A stretch of 64,000 nt of DNA from Candidatus Komeilibacteria bacterium (GCA_048538235.1 JBLYPX010000001.1:328013-392012); one strand, 5' to 3'. Positions 10,471-20,011 are shown, numbered from the stretch's first letter. The notes: generated by a model not told the origin, from the sequence alone. Translations and numbers: made by a program.

Positions 10471-11547
10471 ATGCGTATATTATTTACAGGTGGTGGCACA
10501 ATGGGTTCTGTTTCGCCATTACTTGCACAAATAGATTATCTATTATCTGAACATGGTTTTTTACCAGCAGATTTTATGTGGATAGGAACAGCTACTGGAC
10601 CAGAAAAAGCTGTTATTGAACGCTATGACATTAAGTTTAAATCTATTCCAGCTGGTAAGTTAAGAAGATATTTTTCTTTACGTAATTTTACTGATCCATT
10701 TAGAATAAGTAGGGGATATTTACAATCATTAGAATATATACAAAAGTTTAAACCAGACTTAGTTGTTACAGCTGGTTCTTTTGTTTCAGTACCGGTAATT
10801 ATGGCAGCTAAAACATTAAGAAAACCAGTTCTTGTTCATCAGTTAGATTTAATACCTGGATTGGCTAATAAAATTATGGCTAAGGTGGCTAATGTCATTA
10901 CTGTATCTTGGCCAGAGTTATTAAATAAGTTTCCACAAAAGAATGTTAAATGGGTAGGAACACCAATACGTAAACATATATTAGAACCAATCACTGGTAC
11001 TTTAGCGCCATCTTTAGAACTAGATGAAGATTTACCCCTAATACTTGTTATGGGTGGTGGCACCGGAGCGGTTGCTATTAATAGATTAATTGGTAATGCT
11101 TTGCAAGATCTATTATCTAGATACCAAGTTGTACATATTACTGGAACTGGTAAAAAAGTTAATATAGACGTTAATAAAGAATTTAAACATAGGTATTGGC
11201 AATTTGAATTTATTCATGACGATTTAGGATATTTAATGCATAGAGCTGACCTAATTATTAGTAGAGCTGGTATTGGTACTATATCTGAGATACTAGCTTG
11301 TAATAAACCAAGTATTATTATTCCTATCCCAGATTCTCATCAGGAAGAGAATGCAAAATATTTTAATGACCAGGGAGCTATTAAAGTTGTATCTCAAGTT
11401 GGACAAAGCCCTAAATCTTTAGCACAAGAAATAGATAATATATTATTAGATGCAAAGGCTCAGGAAACAATCATGAACAATGCTAGTCTGCTTGTAAAAA
11501 AAGATGCTAATGAATTATTAACTCAAGAAATATTTAAATTTAAATAA
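10471..11547 (+). CDS. murG: Undecaprenyl-PP-MurNAc-pentapeptide GlcNAc transferase MurG
   Basis: MRILFTGGGTMGSVSPLLA N-terminus and GT28 C-terminal domain. Confidence 0.88.
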   Translation: MRILFTGGGTMGSVSPLLAQIDYLLSEHGFLPADFMWIGTATGPEKAVIERYDIKFKSIPAGKLRRYFSLRNFTDPFRISRGYLQSLEYIQKFKPDLVVTAGSFVSVPVIMAAKTLRKPVLVHQLDLIPGLANKIMAKVANVITVSWPELLNKFPQKNVKWVGTPIRKHILEPITGTLAPSLELDEDLPLILVMGGGTGAVAINRLIGNALQDLLSRYQVVHITGTGKKVNIDVNKEFKHRYWQFEFIHDDLGYLMHRADLIISRAGIGTISEILACNKPSIIIPIPDSHQEENAKYFNDQGAIKVVSQVGQSPKSLAQEIDNILLDAKAQETIMNNASLLVKKDANELLTQEIFKFK

Positions 11548-12932
11548 TGGAAATATATTCGAAGTACAAAAAAATATATTTAGCAGGTATTGGTGGCATT
11601 GGCATTTCAGCAATCGCTAGACTTTTTAAATACCATAATGCTAGCGTGGCTGGTTCAGATGCTGCTAAGTCTAGCATTACAGAAGATTTAGAGAAGGCAG
11701 GAATTAAAGTTAATTATGATCAAGTAGAAGATAATATTGATGAGGATTTAGATCTTTTCATCTATACAGCAGCTTTTCCTAAAGACCACCCTGAAAGGAT
11801 TAAGGCAGAAAAAGTTGGAGCAGATATATATTCTTATCCAGAATTTTTAGGACTTCTTTCTAAGTACTATTCAACAATAGCTGTATCTGGTACTCATGGT
11901 AAATCTTCAACTACATCAATGCTTGGTTTAATATTATCTGAAGCTGGACTTGATCCAACTGTTATTGTTGGTAGTCAAGTAAAAGGTTTTGATCATAATT
12001 TAAGAATTGGCAAAAGTAATATTTTGTTAATTGAAGCTTGCGAGTATAAGGGCCATATGTTGCTTACATCTCCTGAATATATTTGTTTAACAAATATTGA
12101 AGAAGATCATTTAGACTATTACAAAGATTTAGCAGATATTGAAGATCATTTTTCTAGATTTATTACAAAAGTAGATAATACAAAACTATTTTTGAATATA
12201 GATAATCCATCATTGTTTCAATTCAATGAAGAAGTTAAAGCTAATACATATAGTATAGATACTCCGGCAAAATACCAGGCAGCCAATATATTCATAAATA
12301 ATAACAAACAATACTTTGACCTATACATCAGTAATAAAAAAGTACAACAGATTTGTTTAAGTGTTCCTGGTAAATTTAATGTATATAATGCCTTAGCAGC
12401 TATTGCTGTGGCTGATTCACTTGGAGTAAAACCGGAAGTGTATAAAAAAGTATTAAGTGAATATACTGGTTGTTGGCGAAGGTTTGAGATTTTAGGAAGT
12501 GTTAAAACAAGAAAGACTAGTCTATTAATTTCAGATTATGCTCATCATCCAACGGCTGTTAGTTCAACTATTAAAGCAGCTAAAGAATTCTATCCAGATA
12601 AAAGATTAATAGCTGTTTTTGAACCTCATCAGCACAGTAGAACAAAAGAATTATTTGAAGATTTTGTAAAAGCTTTTTCTTTGGCTGACTATGTAATTAT
12701 TAGTGAGATCTATGATGTTAAAGGCAGGGAAGAAGCAAAAGATCAAGTTGTCTCATCTAAAGATTTAGTTGATGAAATAATTAATAGAGGGCAATTAAGA
12801 GAAGATCAAATAGAATACTCTCCTTCATTAAAAGCTACTAAAGCAAGAATTCTGGCTGAAACCAAAGCAGAAGATATTGTATTAGTAATGGGAGCTGGAG
12901 ATATAGATAGTATGGCTAGAAAATTAATATGA
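11547..12932 (+). CDS. murC: UDP-N-acetylmuramate--L-alanine ligase MurC
   Basis: AGIGGIGISAIARLF and Mur ligase P-loop VSGTHGKSSTTSM. Confidence 0.88.
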   Translation: MEIYSKYKKIYLAGIGGIGISAIARLFKYHNASVAGSDAAKSSITEDLEKAGIKVNYDQVEDNIDEDLDLFIYTAAFPKDHPERIKAEKVGADIYSYPEFLGLLSKYYSTIAVSGTHGKSSTTSMLGLILSEAGLDPTVIVGSQVKGFDHNLRIGKSNILLIEACEYKGHMLLTSPEYICLTNIEEDHLDYYKDLADIEDHFSRFITKVDNTKLFLNIDNPSLFQFNEEVKANTYSIDTPAKYQAANIFINNNKQYFDLYISNKKVQQICLSVPGKFNVYNALAAIAVADSLGVKPEVYKKVLSEYTGCWRRFEILGSVKTRKTSLLISDYAHHPTAVSSTIKAAKEFYPDKRLIAVFEPHQHSRTKELFEDFVKAFSLADYVIISEIYDVKGREEAKDQVVSSKDLVDEIINRGQLREDQIEYSPSLKATKARILAETKAEDIVLVMGAGDIDSMARKLI

Positions 12933-14026
12933 CAGATATATTAAACAAATTAAAAGAATTAGCAGTTGTTCAGGAGAATTATCCCTTGAGTAAATTAACT
13001 ACCTTTAAAATAGGTGGTCCAGCTAAATATTTCATTGAAGTAGAGAATATAGATAATCTGTCAGATATTTTTACTACTCTAAAAGATAATAATATACAGT
13101 ATTTCATTTTAGGTGGCGGGGCTAATATATTAGCTAGTGATGATGGATTTGATGGTGCTGTTATAAAGCTTAAAAATACCCAGTATACAGTTATTAGTGA
13201 GGATAATGATGAGATTATAGTAAAAGTAGATGCTGGCCTTGTTTGGGACGATTTTGTGGCAATTACAGTAGATAATAATTGGTGGGGAGTAGAGAATATG
13301 TCATATATTCCTGGTAGTTTTGGTGGTCTGGTTACAGTTAGTGCTGGAGCCTATGGTCAACAAGTTTCAGACTTTGTAGTAAAGGTTAATGTCTTTAATA
13401 TTGAAGATAATAAATTTGAAGAACTTAGTAATAAAGAATGTGAGTTTAAATACCGTAGTAGTTTGTTTACAAGTAAAGGGGAGAATAAATATATAGTATT
13501 ATCTGCTGAGATAAAATTAAAAAAGAATGGCCAACCATCTGTAAATTATCCAGATGTAATAAAATATTTTGCAGATAAGAAAATAGATAAGCCTAGTATA
13601 AAAGAAGTACGAGAAGCTTTGCATTTTATACGTTTCAATAAATTACCAGATTGGGAAAAAACTGGAACAGCAGGATCATATTTTAAAAACATTTATCTTC
13701 AACCAGAAGATATGAAGAGTTTTATGGAAAAGGTAGATAAGAATTTTGGTAAAGAGTATAAAGATGAAGCAGAGAATATGTGTAAGAAATTTGCTGACCA
13801 ATATGGTTGTAAAATACCAACCGGTTTTGTTTTAGATAAACTTCTTAATTTAAAAGGTAAGACTATGGGTGGAGCTAAGGTTTATGATAAACAAGCACTT
13901 GTTATTATTAACGACAACAATGCAACTGCTAAAGATGTTTTAATGCTTGTTAGCTATATTAAACAACAGGTTAGAGATAAAACCGGTGTGCAACTTCAGG
14001 AAGAAGTAAGATATTTAGGTTTTTAG
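12929..14026 (+). CDS. murB: UDP-N-acetylenolpyruvoylglucosamine reductase MurB (with a ~60-aa insertion)
   Basis: FAD-binding FKIGGPAKYF...ILGGGANIL plus a C-terminal MurB domain. Longer than typical MurB. Confidence 0.82.
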   Translation: MTDILNKLKELAVVQENYPLSKLTTFKIGGPAKYFIEVENIDNLSDIFTTLKDNNIQYFILGGGANILASDDGFDGAVIKLKNTQYTVISEDNDEIIVKVDAGLVWDDFVAITVDNNWWGVENMSYIPGSFGGLVTVSAGAYGQQVSDFVVKVNVFNIEDNKFEELSNKECEFKYRSSLFTSKGENKYIVLSAEIKLKKNGQPSVNYPDVIKYFADKKIDKPSIKEVREALHFIRFNKLPDWEKTGTAGSYFKNIYLQPEDMKSFMEKVDKNFGKEYKDEAENMCKKFADQYGCKIPTGFVLDKLLNLKGKTMGGAKVYDKQALVIINDNNATAKDVLMLVSYIKQQVRDKTGVQLQEEVRYLGF

Positions 14027-14031
14027 ATAAA

Positions 14032-14070
14032 TAAAAAAAGACGGAGATTTTTATTCAACGTCTTTTTTAT
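14032..14070. terminator. Bidirectional intrinsic terminator after murB
   Basis: Hairpin AAAGACG-(loop)-CGTCTTT followed by T-run. The complementary strand has an A-run. Confidence 0.7.
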
Positions 14071-14245
14071 ATTCCTCTAAGGTTTTTATTGGCATGAAGT
14101 TATATGTTTCCAGACTGTCTTCACATATGAAGAGTGGTCTGGTCGTAAACATTACAACATGGGTAACTTTGTTTAAGCAGCAACCAGCTTCACAGGTTAT
14201 TGGTATAACAACTTCGTTATAATCATGACCTTCTGAGCCGATCAT
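14051..14245 (-). CDS. Small Cys-rich protein of unknown function (64 aa)
   Basis: The start ATG overlaps the upstream ORF's stop as ATGA (translational coupling). Cys pattern C-x3-CC...C. Confidence 0.4.
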   Translation of the reverse strand: MIGSEGHDYNEVVIPITCEAGCCLNKVTHVVMFTTRPLFICEDSLETYNFMPIKTLEEYKKDVE

Positions 14246-14466
14246 AATGTAAACCATCCTAAGGTGGCGAAGAGAACTATGCCAATTAAGCCAGTGAGCA
14301 AGTACTTTTTTGCGCGCTCTTCGTACTGTTGCCTTGCTCCGAGACCTCTAGCTACATTCTTTCTAATATCTGACAAAGTCATTTCATTTAAAATCTCAAC
14401 CATGAACATACCTTTGCCAAATATGATAAGGCTAATTAGCGCACCTAATATAACAACTATTTCCAT
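14242..14466 (-). CDS. Small two-TM membrane protein (74 aa)
   Basis: SD GGAGGG 3 nt upstream of the ATG. Two hydrophobic helices. Confidence 0.5.
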   Translation of the reverse strand: MEIVVILGALISLIIFGKGMFMVEILNEMTLSDIRKNVARGLGARQQYEERAKKYLLTGLIGIVLFATLGWFTL

Positions 14467-14523
14467 AACCCCTCCAATTTAAAGTTCAAATATAATAATA
14501 TACATTAGTATAATTAAACATAT

Positions 14524-14550
14524 TTGTCAATAGTTGCTAAAAGATATAAT
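14524..14550 (+). promoter_or_regulatory. Putative sigma70 promoter of secA
   Basis: TTGTCA...TATAAT with 15-nt spacer. Confidence 0.35.
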
Positions 14551-14587
14551 ATGTATTAAATTAACTTTTTCTGTTAAAATATACACA

Positions 14588-17338
14588 ATGGGTATTTTAG
14601 ATAAAATATTTGGTGATGCTAATGAAAAATATTTAAAGTCATTGCAGCCAATTATAGACAAAATCAATGCTCTGGAACCAGAATTCCAGGGTTTTTCTGC
14701 TACTCAATTTAAAGACAAAACTAAAGAATTGCAGGATAGAATAAAAAATGGTGAAACAGAAGATGATGTCTTAGTAGAAGCTTTTGCTTTGGTAAGAGAA
14801 GCGGCTCGTCAAACATTAAATCAATTCCATTATGATGTTCAGCTTATTGGTGGACTAGTTCTTAATAGTGGGCAGATTGCTGAAATGAGAACCGGTGAAG
14901 GTAAGACTTTAACAGCAACCTTGGCAGTATATTTAAATGCATTATCTGGTAAGGGTGTGCACGTTGTTACTGTCAATGATTATTTAGCAAAACGTGATGC
15001 TGCTTGGATGGGACAAGTTTATGCAAAGCTTGGTTTAACAGTTGGAGTAATACAACACGAGAAAGCTTTTATCTATTCAGATAAAAAAGGTAATGAAGGA
15101 ACAGACGGGGTAAGAGATTTAGGTATTGAAGTTGAGGATGAGTATTTAGAACCATGTTCTAGAAAAGAAGCCTATGCTGCAGATATTACCTATGGTACAA
15201 ATAATGAATTTGGTTTTGACTATTTGAAAGACAATATGGTGATGAAAACAGAGATGATGGTACAAAGGCCATTACATTATGCCATTGTCGATGAGGTGGA
15301 TAGTATTTTAATAGATGAAGCTAGAACACCATTAATAATTTCAGCACCAGCTGAGGATAGTACTAAACAATATTACCAGTTTGCTAGTATTGTTAAGGGT
15401 TTGTCAGAGAATGCAGATTACAATGTAGATGAAAAGATGAGAGCCGTTACTTTGACAGAAGAGGGAATTATTAAAGTAGAAAAGATATTAGGCGTAGATA
15501 ATATTTATGAAACAAAGGGTTTGGCTACTGTTCATCACTTAGAGCAAGCATTAAAAGCTGAGGTATTATTTACTAAAGATAAAGACTATGTGGTTAAAGA
15601 TGGTGAGGTAATAATTATTGATGAATTCACCGGCAGAATGATGCACGGTAGAAGATACTCTGAAGGTCTTCATCAAGCAATTGAAGCTAAAGAAAATGTA
15701 GATATACAGAGAGAGAGTTTAACATTAGCTACTGTTACTTTCCAGAACTATTTTAGAATGTATGAAAAGCTTGCCGGTATGACTGGTACAGCAGCAACTG
15801 AAGCTGAAGAATTTTCTAAGATATATAATTTAGATGTAACGATTATACCAACTAATAATCCTATTCAAAGAAAAGATTCTAATGATCTAATTTACCAGAA
15901 TGAAAGAGGTAAATTTATGGCCATTATTCAAGATATTAAGAAAAGACATGAATTAGGACAACCAGTCTTGGTAGGTACAATCTCTATTGAAAAGAATGAA
16001 CTACTATCTGAACTCTTAACCAGAGAGGGTGTTCCTCATCAATTACTTAATGCTAAACAGCATGAAAAAGAAGCACAAATCATTGCTCAAGCTGGTAAAT
16101 TAGGAGCAGTAACCATTGCTACAAATATGGCTGGTCGTGGTGTAGATATTGTCCTTGGAGGTAATCCAGTAGATAAAGAGGAAGCTTCTAAGGTAAAAGA
16201 AGCTGGTGGTCTTCATGTTATTGGTACAGAAAGACATGAATCTAGAAGAATAGATAACCAGTTAAGAGGTAGATCTGGTCGTCAAGGTGATCCAGGATCT
16301 ACTCAATTCTTTGTTTGTATGGAAGATGATTTAATGAGAATCTTTGGTTCAGAAAGAATGAAGAATATTATGCAAACCTTAAAATTGCCAGAAGATACGC
16401 CAATAGAGAATGGTATTATTTCCAAATCTATTGAGTCAGCTCAAAAGAAAGTTGAGGGTAATAATTTTGACATCCGTAAACATTTAGTTGAATACGATGA
16501 TGTAATAAATAAACACAGGGAAGTAATATATACCAAACGTAGGGGCATATTAGACCTTGCTGAAGGTAGAGTTAAAGAAGTAAAGCTAGATGAAACAGAA
16601 GATGCTGCTAAGATTACAACATTAAAAGAATATATTTTAGATCTTGTTAATAAAGAGATTGATCAAGTTGTAACATTCCATACTAATTCCGAAGGACAAG
16701 AGACTATCAATGAGATTATTGAAACAATGAAAACTATCTTTCCATTAACTGCTGAAGAAGTAGCTGGTTATGAAAAGATATTGGAAAATAAAAATATAGA
16801 GACTCATGAATTAAGAGATAAGATAATTAATCATTTTAGTGAAATTGCTGTTAAGAAATATGAGCTATTAGAAACTGCCTTTAAGACTCAAGAAAATGGT
16901 GAACAGCAGTTAAGACAATTAGAGTTAGCCATACTATTAAGAACAATAGATAATCTATGGATAGAACATTTAGAAGCTATTGATCATTTAAGACGTGGTA
17001 TTGGTCTAAGAGGTTATGGTCAAAGAGATCCACTGGTTGAGTATAAAAAAGAATCATATATACTTTTTTCAGATATGATTGCTGCTATACAGAATCAGGT
17101 GGTATACAATATATATAAATTAGGACAAACAACAAATATTGGCGGTAAAACAATTGCAGATAATAAGACTGAACTATCTAGCGCTTCAGCTCAAACACAA
17201 TTTGCTGCCAGTGAAGATAAAAAATTAAAACCAGATGTTAAGGAAAAGGTAAAAGATTCTACTGGTCATAAAGTTGGTAGAAATGATCCTTGTCCTTGTG
17301 GGTCTGGGAAGAAATATAAGAAGTGTCATGGCGCTTAA
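14588..17338 (+). CDS. secA: Preprotein translocase ATPase SecA
   Basis: Start chosen at [14 protein letters not shown]-like motor motifs and a C-terminal zinc finger [14 protein letters not shown]. Confidence 0.9.
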   Translation: MGILDKIFGDANEKYLKSLQPIIDKINALEPEFQGFSATQFKDKTKELQDRIKNGETEDDVLVEAFALVREAARQTLNQFHYDVQLIGGLVLNSGQIAEMRTGEGKTLTATLAVYLNALSGKGVHVVTVNDYLAKRDAAWMGQVYAKLGLTVGVIQHEKAFIYSDKKGNEGTDGVRDLGIEVEDEYLEPCSRKEAYAADITYGTNNEFGFDYLKDNMVMKTEMMVQRPLHYAIVDEVDSILIDEARTPLIISAPAEDSTKQYYQFASIVKGLSENADYNVDEKMRAVTLTEEGIIKVEKILGVDNIYETKGLATVHHLEQALKAEVLFTKDKDYVVKDGEVIIIDEFTGRMMHGRRYSEGLHQAIEAKENVDIQRESLTLATVTFQNYFRMYEKLAGMTGTAATEAEEFSKIYNLDVTIIPTNNPIQRKDSNDLIYQNERGKFMAIIQDIKKRHELGQPVLVGTISIEKNELLSELLTREGVPHQLLNAKQHEKEAQIIAQAGKLGAVTIATNMAGRGVDIVLGGNPVDKEEASKVKEAGGLHVIGTERHESRRIDNQLRGRSGRQGDPGSTQFFVCMEDDLMRIFGSERMKNIMQTLKLPEDTPIENGIISKSIESAQKKVEGNNFDIRKHLVEYDDVINKHREVIYTKRRGILDLAEGRVKEVKLDETEDAAKITTLKEYILDLVNKEIDQVVTFHTNSEGQETINEIIETMKTIFPLTAEEVAGYEKILENKNIETHELRDKIINHFSEIAVKKYELLETAFKTQENGEQQLRQLELAILLRTIDNLWIEHLEAIDHLRRGIGLRGYGQRDPLVEYKKESYILFSDMIAAIQNQVVYNIYKLGQTTNIGGKTIADNKTELSSASAQTQFAASEDKKLKPDVKEKVKDSTGHKVGRNDPCPCGSGKKYKKCHGA

Positions 17339-17753
17339 AGTAGTAGCTGTTTCAGGAGGATTTGATCCTTTACATATTGGACATGTAAGGTTATTTGAAG
17401 CTGCTAAAAAACTTGGAGATAAACTTATTGTAATTATTAATAATGATAACTGGATTAAATTAAAAAAAGGTAAAGCTTTTATGCCAGATACAGAAAGAAA
17501 GGAATTAATAGAAGCTTTAAGAGTGGTAGATGAGGTATATTTAACAAAACATGAAGCAGATACAAAGGATATGAGTGTTTGTGAAGCTTTAAAAGATATT
17601 AAGCCAGATATATTTGCCAATGGCGGAGATAGAAAAGAAGATAATATTCCAGAGGTTGCTGTCTGTAAAGAAATAGGCTGTGAAATGGTATTTAATGTCG
17701 GAGAGGGTGGAAAAGTACAATCTAGTTCTTGGCTTATTGAGAAGTCTAAATAG
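17328..17753 (+). CDS. Cytidylyltransferase-like nucleotidyltransferase (TagD / HldE domain II-like)
   Basis: HxGH motif [23 protein letters not shown] and NGGD match the glycerol-3-P cytidylyltransferase / heptose-1-P adenylyltransferase fold. The start overlaps the secA stop by 11 nt. Confidence 0.6.
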   Translation: MALKVVAVSGGFDPLHIGHVRLFEAAKKLGDKLIVIINNDNWIKLKKGKAFMPDTERKELIEALRVVDEVYLTKHEADTKDMSVCEALKDIKPDIFANGGDRKEDNIPEVAVCKEIGCEMVFNVGEGGKVQSSSWLIEKSK

Positions 17754-17755
17754 TT

Positions 17756-18817
17756 ATGTTTAAAAAGAAAAAAATAAAAGTTGCGGTAGGACTATCTGGT
17801 GGAGTAGATTCATCAGTAGCTGCATATATATTATCTAAGGATCCTCGTTATGAAGTGGTGGGTATATATATGCGTAACTGGTCAGAAGAATTACCAGAAA
17901 TTAAAGGATGTCCTTGGGAAACAGATCAAAGAGATGCTCAACTGGTAGCAGCTCAGCTTAATATACCTTTTTATGTAGTTAATTTTGAGAAAGAATATTA
18001 CGATAGAGTAGTTACATATATGATAAATACATATAAAAATGGACAGACTCCAAATCCAGATATTATGTGTAATCAAGAAATAAAGTTTGGAGTATTTTTA
18101 GATAAGATGTTAAAGCTTGGTTTTGACAAGGTAGCAACAGGCCATTATGCCAGAGTAGATAGAAAAGGTAAGGAATATTTTCTAAAAGCTGGACTAGATA
18201 ATAATAAAGATCAATCATATTTCTTATGCAGATTAAATCAACAGCAATTATCTAAAACACTATTTCCAATAGGAGACACAGATAAATCAAAGGTAAGGGA
18301 AATTGCTAAAGAAATTGGTTTAACAACCGCTACTAAAAAAGATTCACAAGGTATTTGCTTTATTGGCAATATTAAAGTTAGAGATTTCCTTAAAAGATAT
18401 ATTAAAGGAACTCCTGGTAATATTGTAGATATGGATAATAAAATAGTTGGTAAGCATGAGGGTGTGGAGTTCTTTACAATTGGTCAAAGAGAAGGATTGG
18501 ACGTTGGTGGTACAGGACCATACTATGTTGTGTCTAGAGATTTAAAGACAGGGGATTTAAAAGTTACTAATGATCCTGAAGATAAAGCTTTGTTTAAAAA
18601 AAATATTGAGCTTGAAAATATAAACTGGATAAACAAGCCAAAGAAGTTTCCATTTAACTGTGGCGTTAGAATTAGATACCGTCATGCTATTGTAGATTGT
18701 ACAGTTGAAAAAGATAAAATAATATTTAAAGAAGAACAAAAAGCAGTAACACCGGGACAATCTGCTGCTTTATACATAGCAGACAAATTAATAGGTTCAG
18801 GAATTATTAAAGAATAG
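17756..18817 (+). CDS. mnmA: tRNA 2-thiouridylase MnmA
   Basis: PP-loop VGLSGGVDSSVAAYIL and a MnmA C-terminal domain. Confidence 0.9.
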   Translation: MFKKKKIKVAVGLSGGVDSSVAAYILSKDPRYEVVGIYMRNWSEELPEIKGCPWETDQRDAQLVAAQLNIPFYVVNFEKEYYDRVVTYMINTYKNGQTPNPDIMCNQEIKFGVFLDKMLKLGFDKVATGHYARVDRKGKEYFLKAGLDNNKDQSYFLCRLNQQQLSKTLFPIGDTDKSKVREIAKEIGLTTATKKDSQGICFIGNIKVRDFLKRYIKGTPGNIVDMDNKIVGKHEGVEFFTIGQREGLDVGGTGPYYVVSRDLKTGDLKVTNDPEDKALFKKNIELENINWINKPKKFPFNCGVRIRYRHAIVDCTVEKDKIIFKEEQKAVTPGQSAALYIADKLIGSGIIKE

Positions 18818-18822
18818 CTATT

Positions 18823-18851
18823 TTCATATATTTAATATAGATGATATACTG
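18823..18851 (+). promoter_or_regulatory. Putative promoter of mini-ORF unit A (shares 20/21 nt with the TA-locus promoter at 29709-29729)
   Basis: TTCATA-16 nt-TATACT. The TATAGATGATATACT+GTAAT block is identical to the one at 29709. Confidence 0.4.
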
Positions 18852-18902
18852 TAATCAATGTCTCCATGTAAACCGGTAACCAAAGAAAAGGAGGTAAAGC
18901 TT

Positions 18903-18965
18903 ATGCTTGTACTCATTTTGGAAATTACCAGTCCTCTCGCCGGAAACAAGGAAGCCTCAATGTAG
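18903..18965 (+). CDS. Mini-ORF A (20 codons, MLVLILEITSPLAGNKEASM)
   Basis: Perfect SD AAGGAGGTA 8 nt upstream of ATG. Followed by an intrinsic terminator. Confidence 0.3.
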   Translation: MLVLILEITSPLAGNKEASM

Positions 18966-18993
18966 CCACAGATCGCGCTACGGAGAAAAAACC

Positions 18994-19025
18994 GAGCCCT
19001 CTCAATGTCAGAGGGCTCTTTCATT
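18994..19025 (+). terminator. Intrinsic terminator of unit A
   Basis: GAGCCCTCT-CAATGTC-AGAGGGCTC then TTTCATTT. Confidence 0.65.
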
Positions 19026-19123
19026 TGCTTAAAAAAGTAATAAAATATATAATTAATACATCCTTAAAGGATGTTTTTTAGTTCATTGGTTTTAACATGG
19101 TGTTAAACAAGGAGGTATAGCCT

Positions 19124-19168
19124 ATGTACACGAACAATTTTACCGCAACGCTGGACGTCAGCAACTGA
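19124..19168 (+). CDS. Mini-ORF B (14 codons, MYTNNFTATLDVSN)
   Basis: SD AAGGAGGTA 8 nt upstream. The leader is 16/18 identical to the unit A leader. A terminator follows. Confidence 0.25.
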   Translation: MYTNNFTATLDVSN

Positions 19169-19196
19169 TCAATCGTCGAAACCTGAAAAGTGAACT

Positions 19197-19230
19197 GAGC
19201 CCCCAACTTCTATGAAGAGGGGCTCTTTAA
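19197..19230 (+). terminator. Intrinsic terminator of unit B
   Basis: GAGCCCC...GGGGCTC stem followed by TTTAATTT. Confidence 0.5.
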
Positions 19231-19284
19231 TTTACATTTTTAGCTAATATTAGCCATATTTATATAATATTAACAGCTAAAACC

Positions 19285-19313
19285 TTGACAGAATTAAGAA
19301 AATAGTGTAAGTT
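19285..19313 (+). promoter_or_regulatory. Putative promoter ahead of the GC-rich leader (unit C)
   Basis: TTGACA-17 nt-TAAGTT. Upstream palindrome GCTAATATTAGC at 19243-19254. Confidence 0.3.
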
Positions 19314-19349
19314 CATTTTATCGCACATTTTATATTAATAGTAAAAAAA

Positions 19350-19838
19350 GCCTGATCAGGGCTGGTATGCGCATTAAAAGATCGGAAATTGCCGATGGTG
19401 CGCGAGTGCCAGCAGTTCTGCTTGCGTGATCGCAAGCCGACATGAGGCCGCGTTGAATCTTTGTAGCAAACTTGGGCAATACAAAGAGGATAATCTGCGT
19501 TATTCGCATATGAATCTAAACGACGGTAGAAGTGCCCTGGATGAACAACCTGCTTGGTCCCATACCCGGACGCATCATCGTGCGTAACGGTCCAGGTAAC
19601 TATAGCCTGGCTGACCAGCAGGAATCTGCCTACGGGAAAGGGCGGGAATTTGGCTGAAGCGAGACAGCATCGAAAAGCTTCTGGCCCCGGTTTGTTCGCA
19701 TGCCCGGCACGTAAAGTGGTGCCTGGATCTCATAACGTCTCAGACTTGAGTCGTTTATCATCCGCGAACATCTCCCGCCCTACCCGTTATCAAGACAAGT
19801 TCAACATCTTATTCCAACAACCTGACAAAGGAGGTAAA
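19350..19838 (+). ncRNA. GC-rich (~50% vs ~30% background), hairpin-dense non-coding leader or structured RNA of unknown class
   Basis: Neither strand has an ORF of 60 codons or more except an SD-less, compositionally odd 96-codon frame. Many local stems, for example CTTGCG-TGAT-CGCAAG (19421-19436), ACGCA-TCATCG-TGCGT (19570-19585), CCAGG-TAACTATAG-CCTGG (19592-19610). Confidence 0.3.
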
Positions 19839-19840
19839 TC

Positions 19841-19951
19841 ATGAATTTTTCACGTGGTAGTCCTAATGGCTTCAATTCCTGCCGTAGTGCAGTTAAAGCC
19901 AACATGACATCATCTTCGATCAACCTGGCCACCGGCGGTCGCATCGCCTGA
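19841..19951 (+). CDS. Mini-ORF C (36 codons, MNFSRGSPNGFNSCRSAVKANMTSSSINLATGGRIA)
   Basis: SD AAGGAGGTAAATC then ATG. Lies at the 3' end of the GC-rich leader. A terminator follows. Confidence 0.3.
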   Translation: MNFSRGSPNGFNSCRSAVKANMTSSSINLATGGRIA

Positions 19952-20011
19952 CCCAACACCCCGGAGAACATCCATGACACTGCCTGAACCTTTTTACTAG
20001 CTATGCAACAA

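Noticed and set aside
14264-14482. 72-aa plus-strand ORF between murB and secA
   Set aside because: The opposite strand carries two ORFs with an SD, TM helices and an ATGA coupling, so the minus-strand model is preferred.
14519-14552. Shared 13-mer ATTTGTCAATAGT in the secA promoter region and at 31371-31383 upstream of a small membrane protein gene
   Set aside because: Both are promoter-like AT-rich sequences ending TATAATATG. A 13-nt match in 30% GC DNA could be chance, so it is not reported as a repeat family.
18824-19024. 66-aa minus-strand ORF across mini-ORF unit A
   Set aside because: No SD, a low-complexity product, and it overlaps the SD, ORF and terminator on the plus strand that have far better signals.
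19350-19838. Possibility that the GC-rich segment is RNase P RNA, tmRNA, SRP RNA, a T-box or a cobalamin riboswitch
   Set aside because: I looked for the P4/CR-I, CR-V, tmRNA tRNA-like ends, SRP GGAA-tetraloop helix 8, the T-box AGGGUGGNACCGCG and the B12 box GCCACUG. None is convincingly present. The CCGGAAACAAGGAAGC in unit A only loosely resembles SRP helix 8.
19554-19844. 96-aa plus-strand ORF inside the GC-rich segment
   Set aside because: No SD. The Ser/Pro/Arg/Ala-rich random-looking product is what is expected by chance in 50% GC sequence, so the segment is treated as non-coding.
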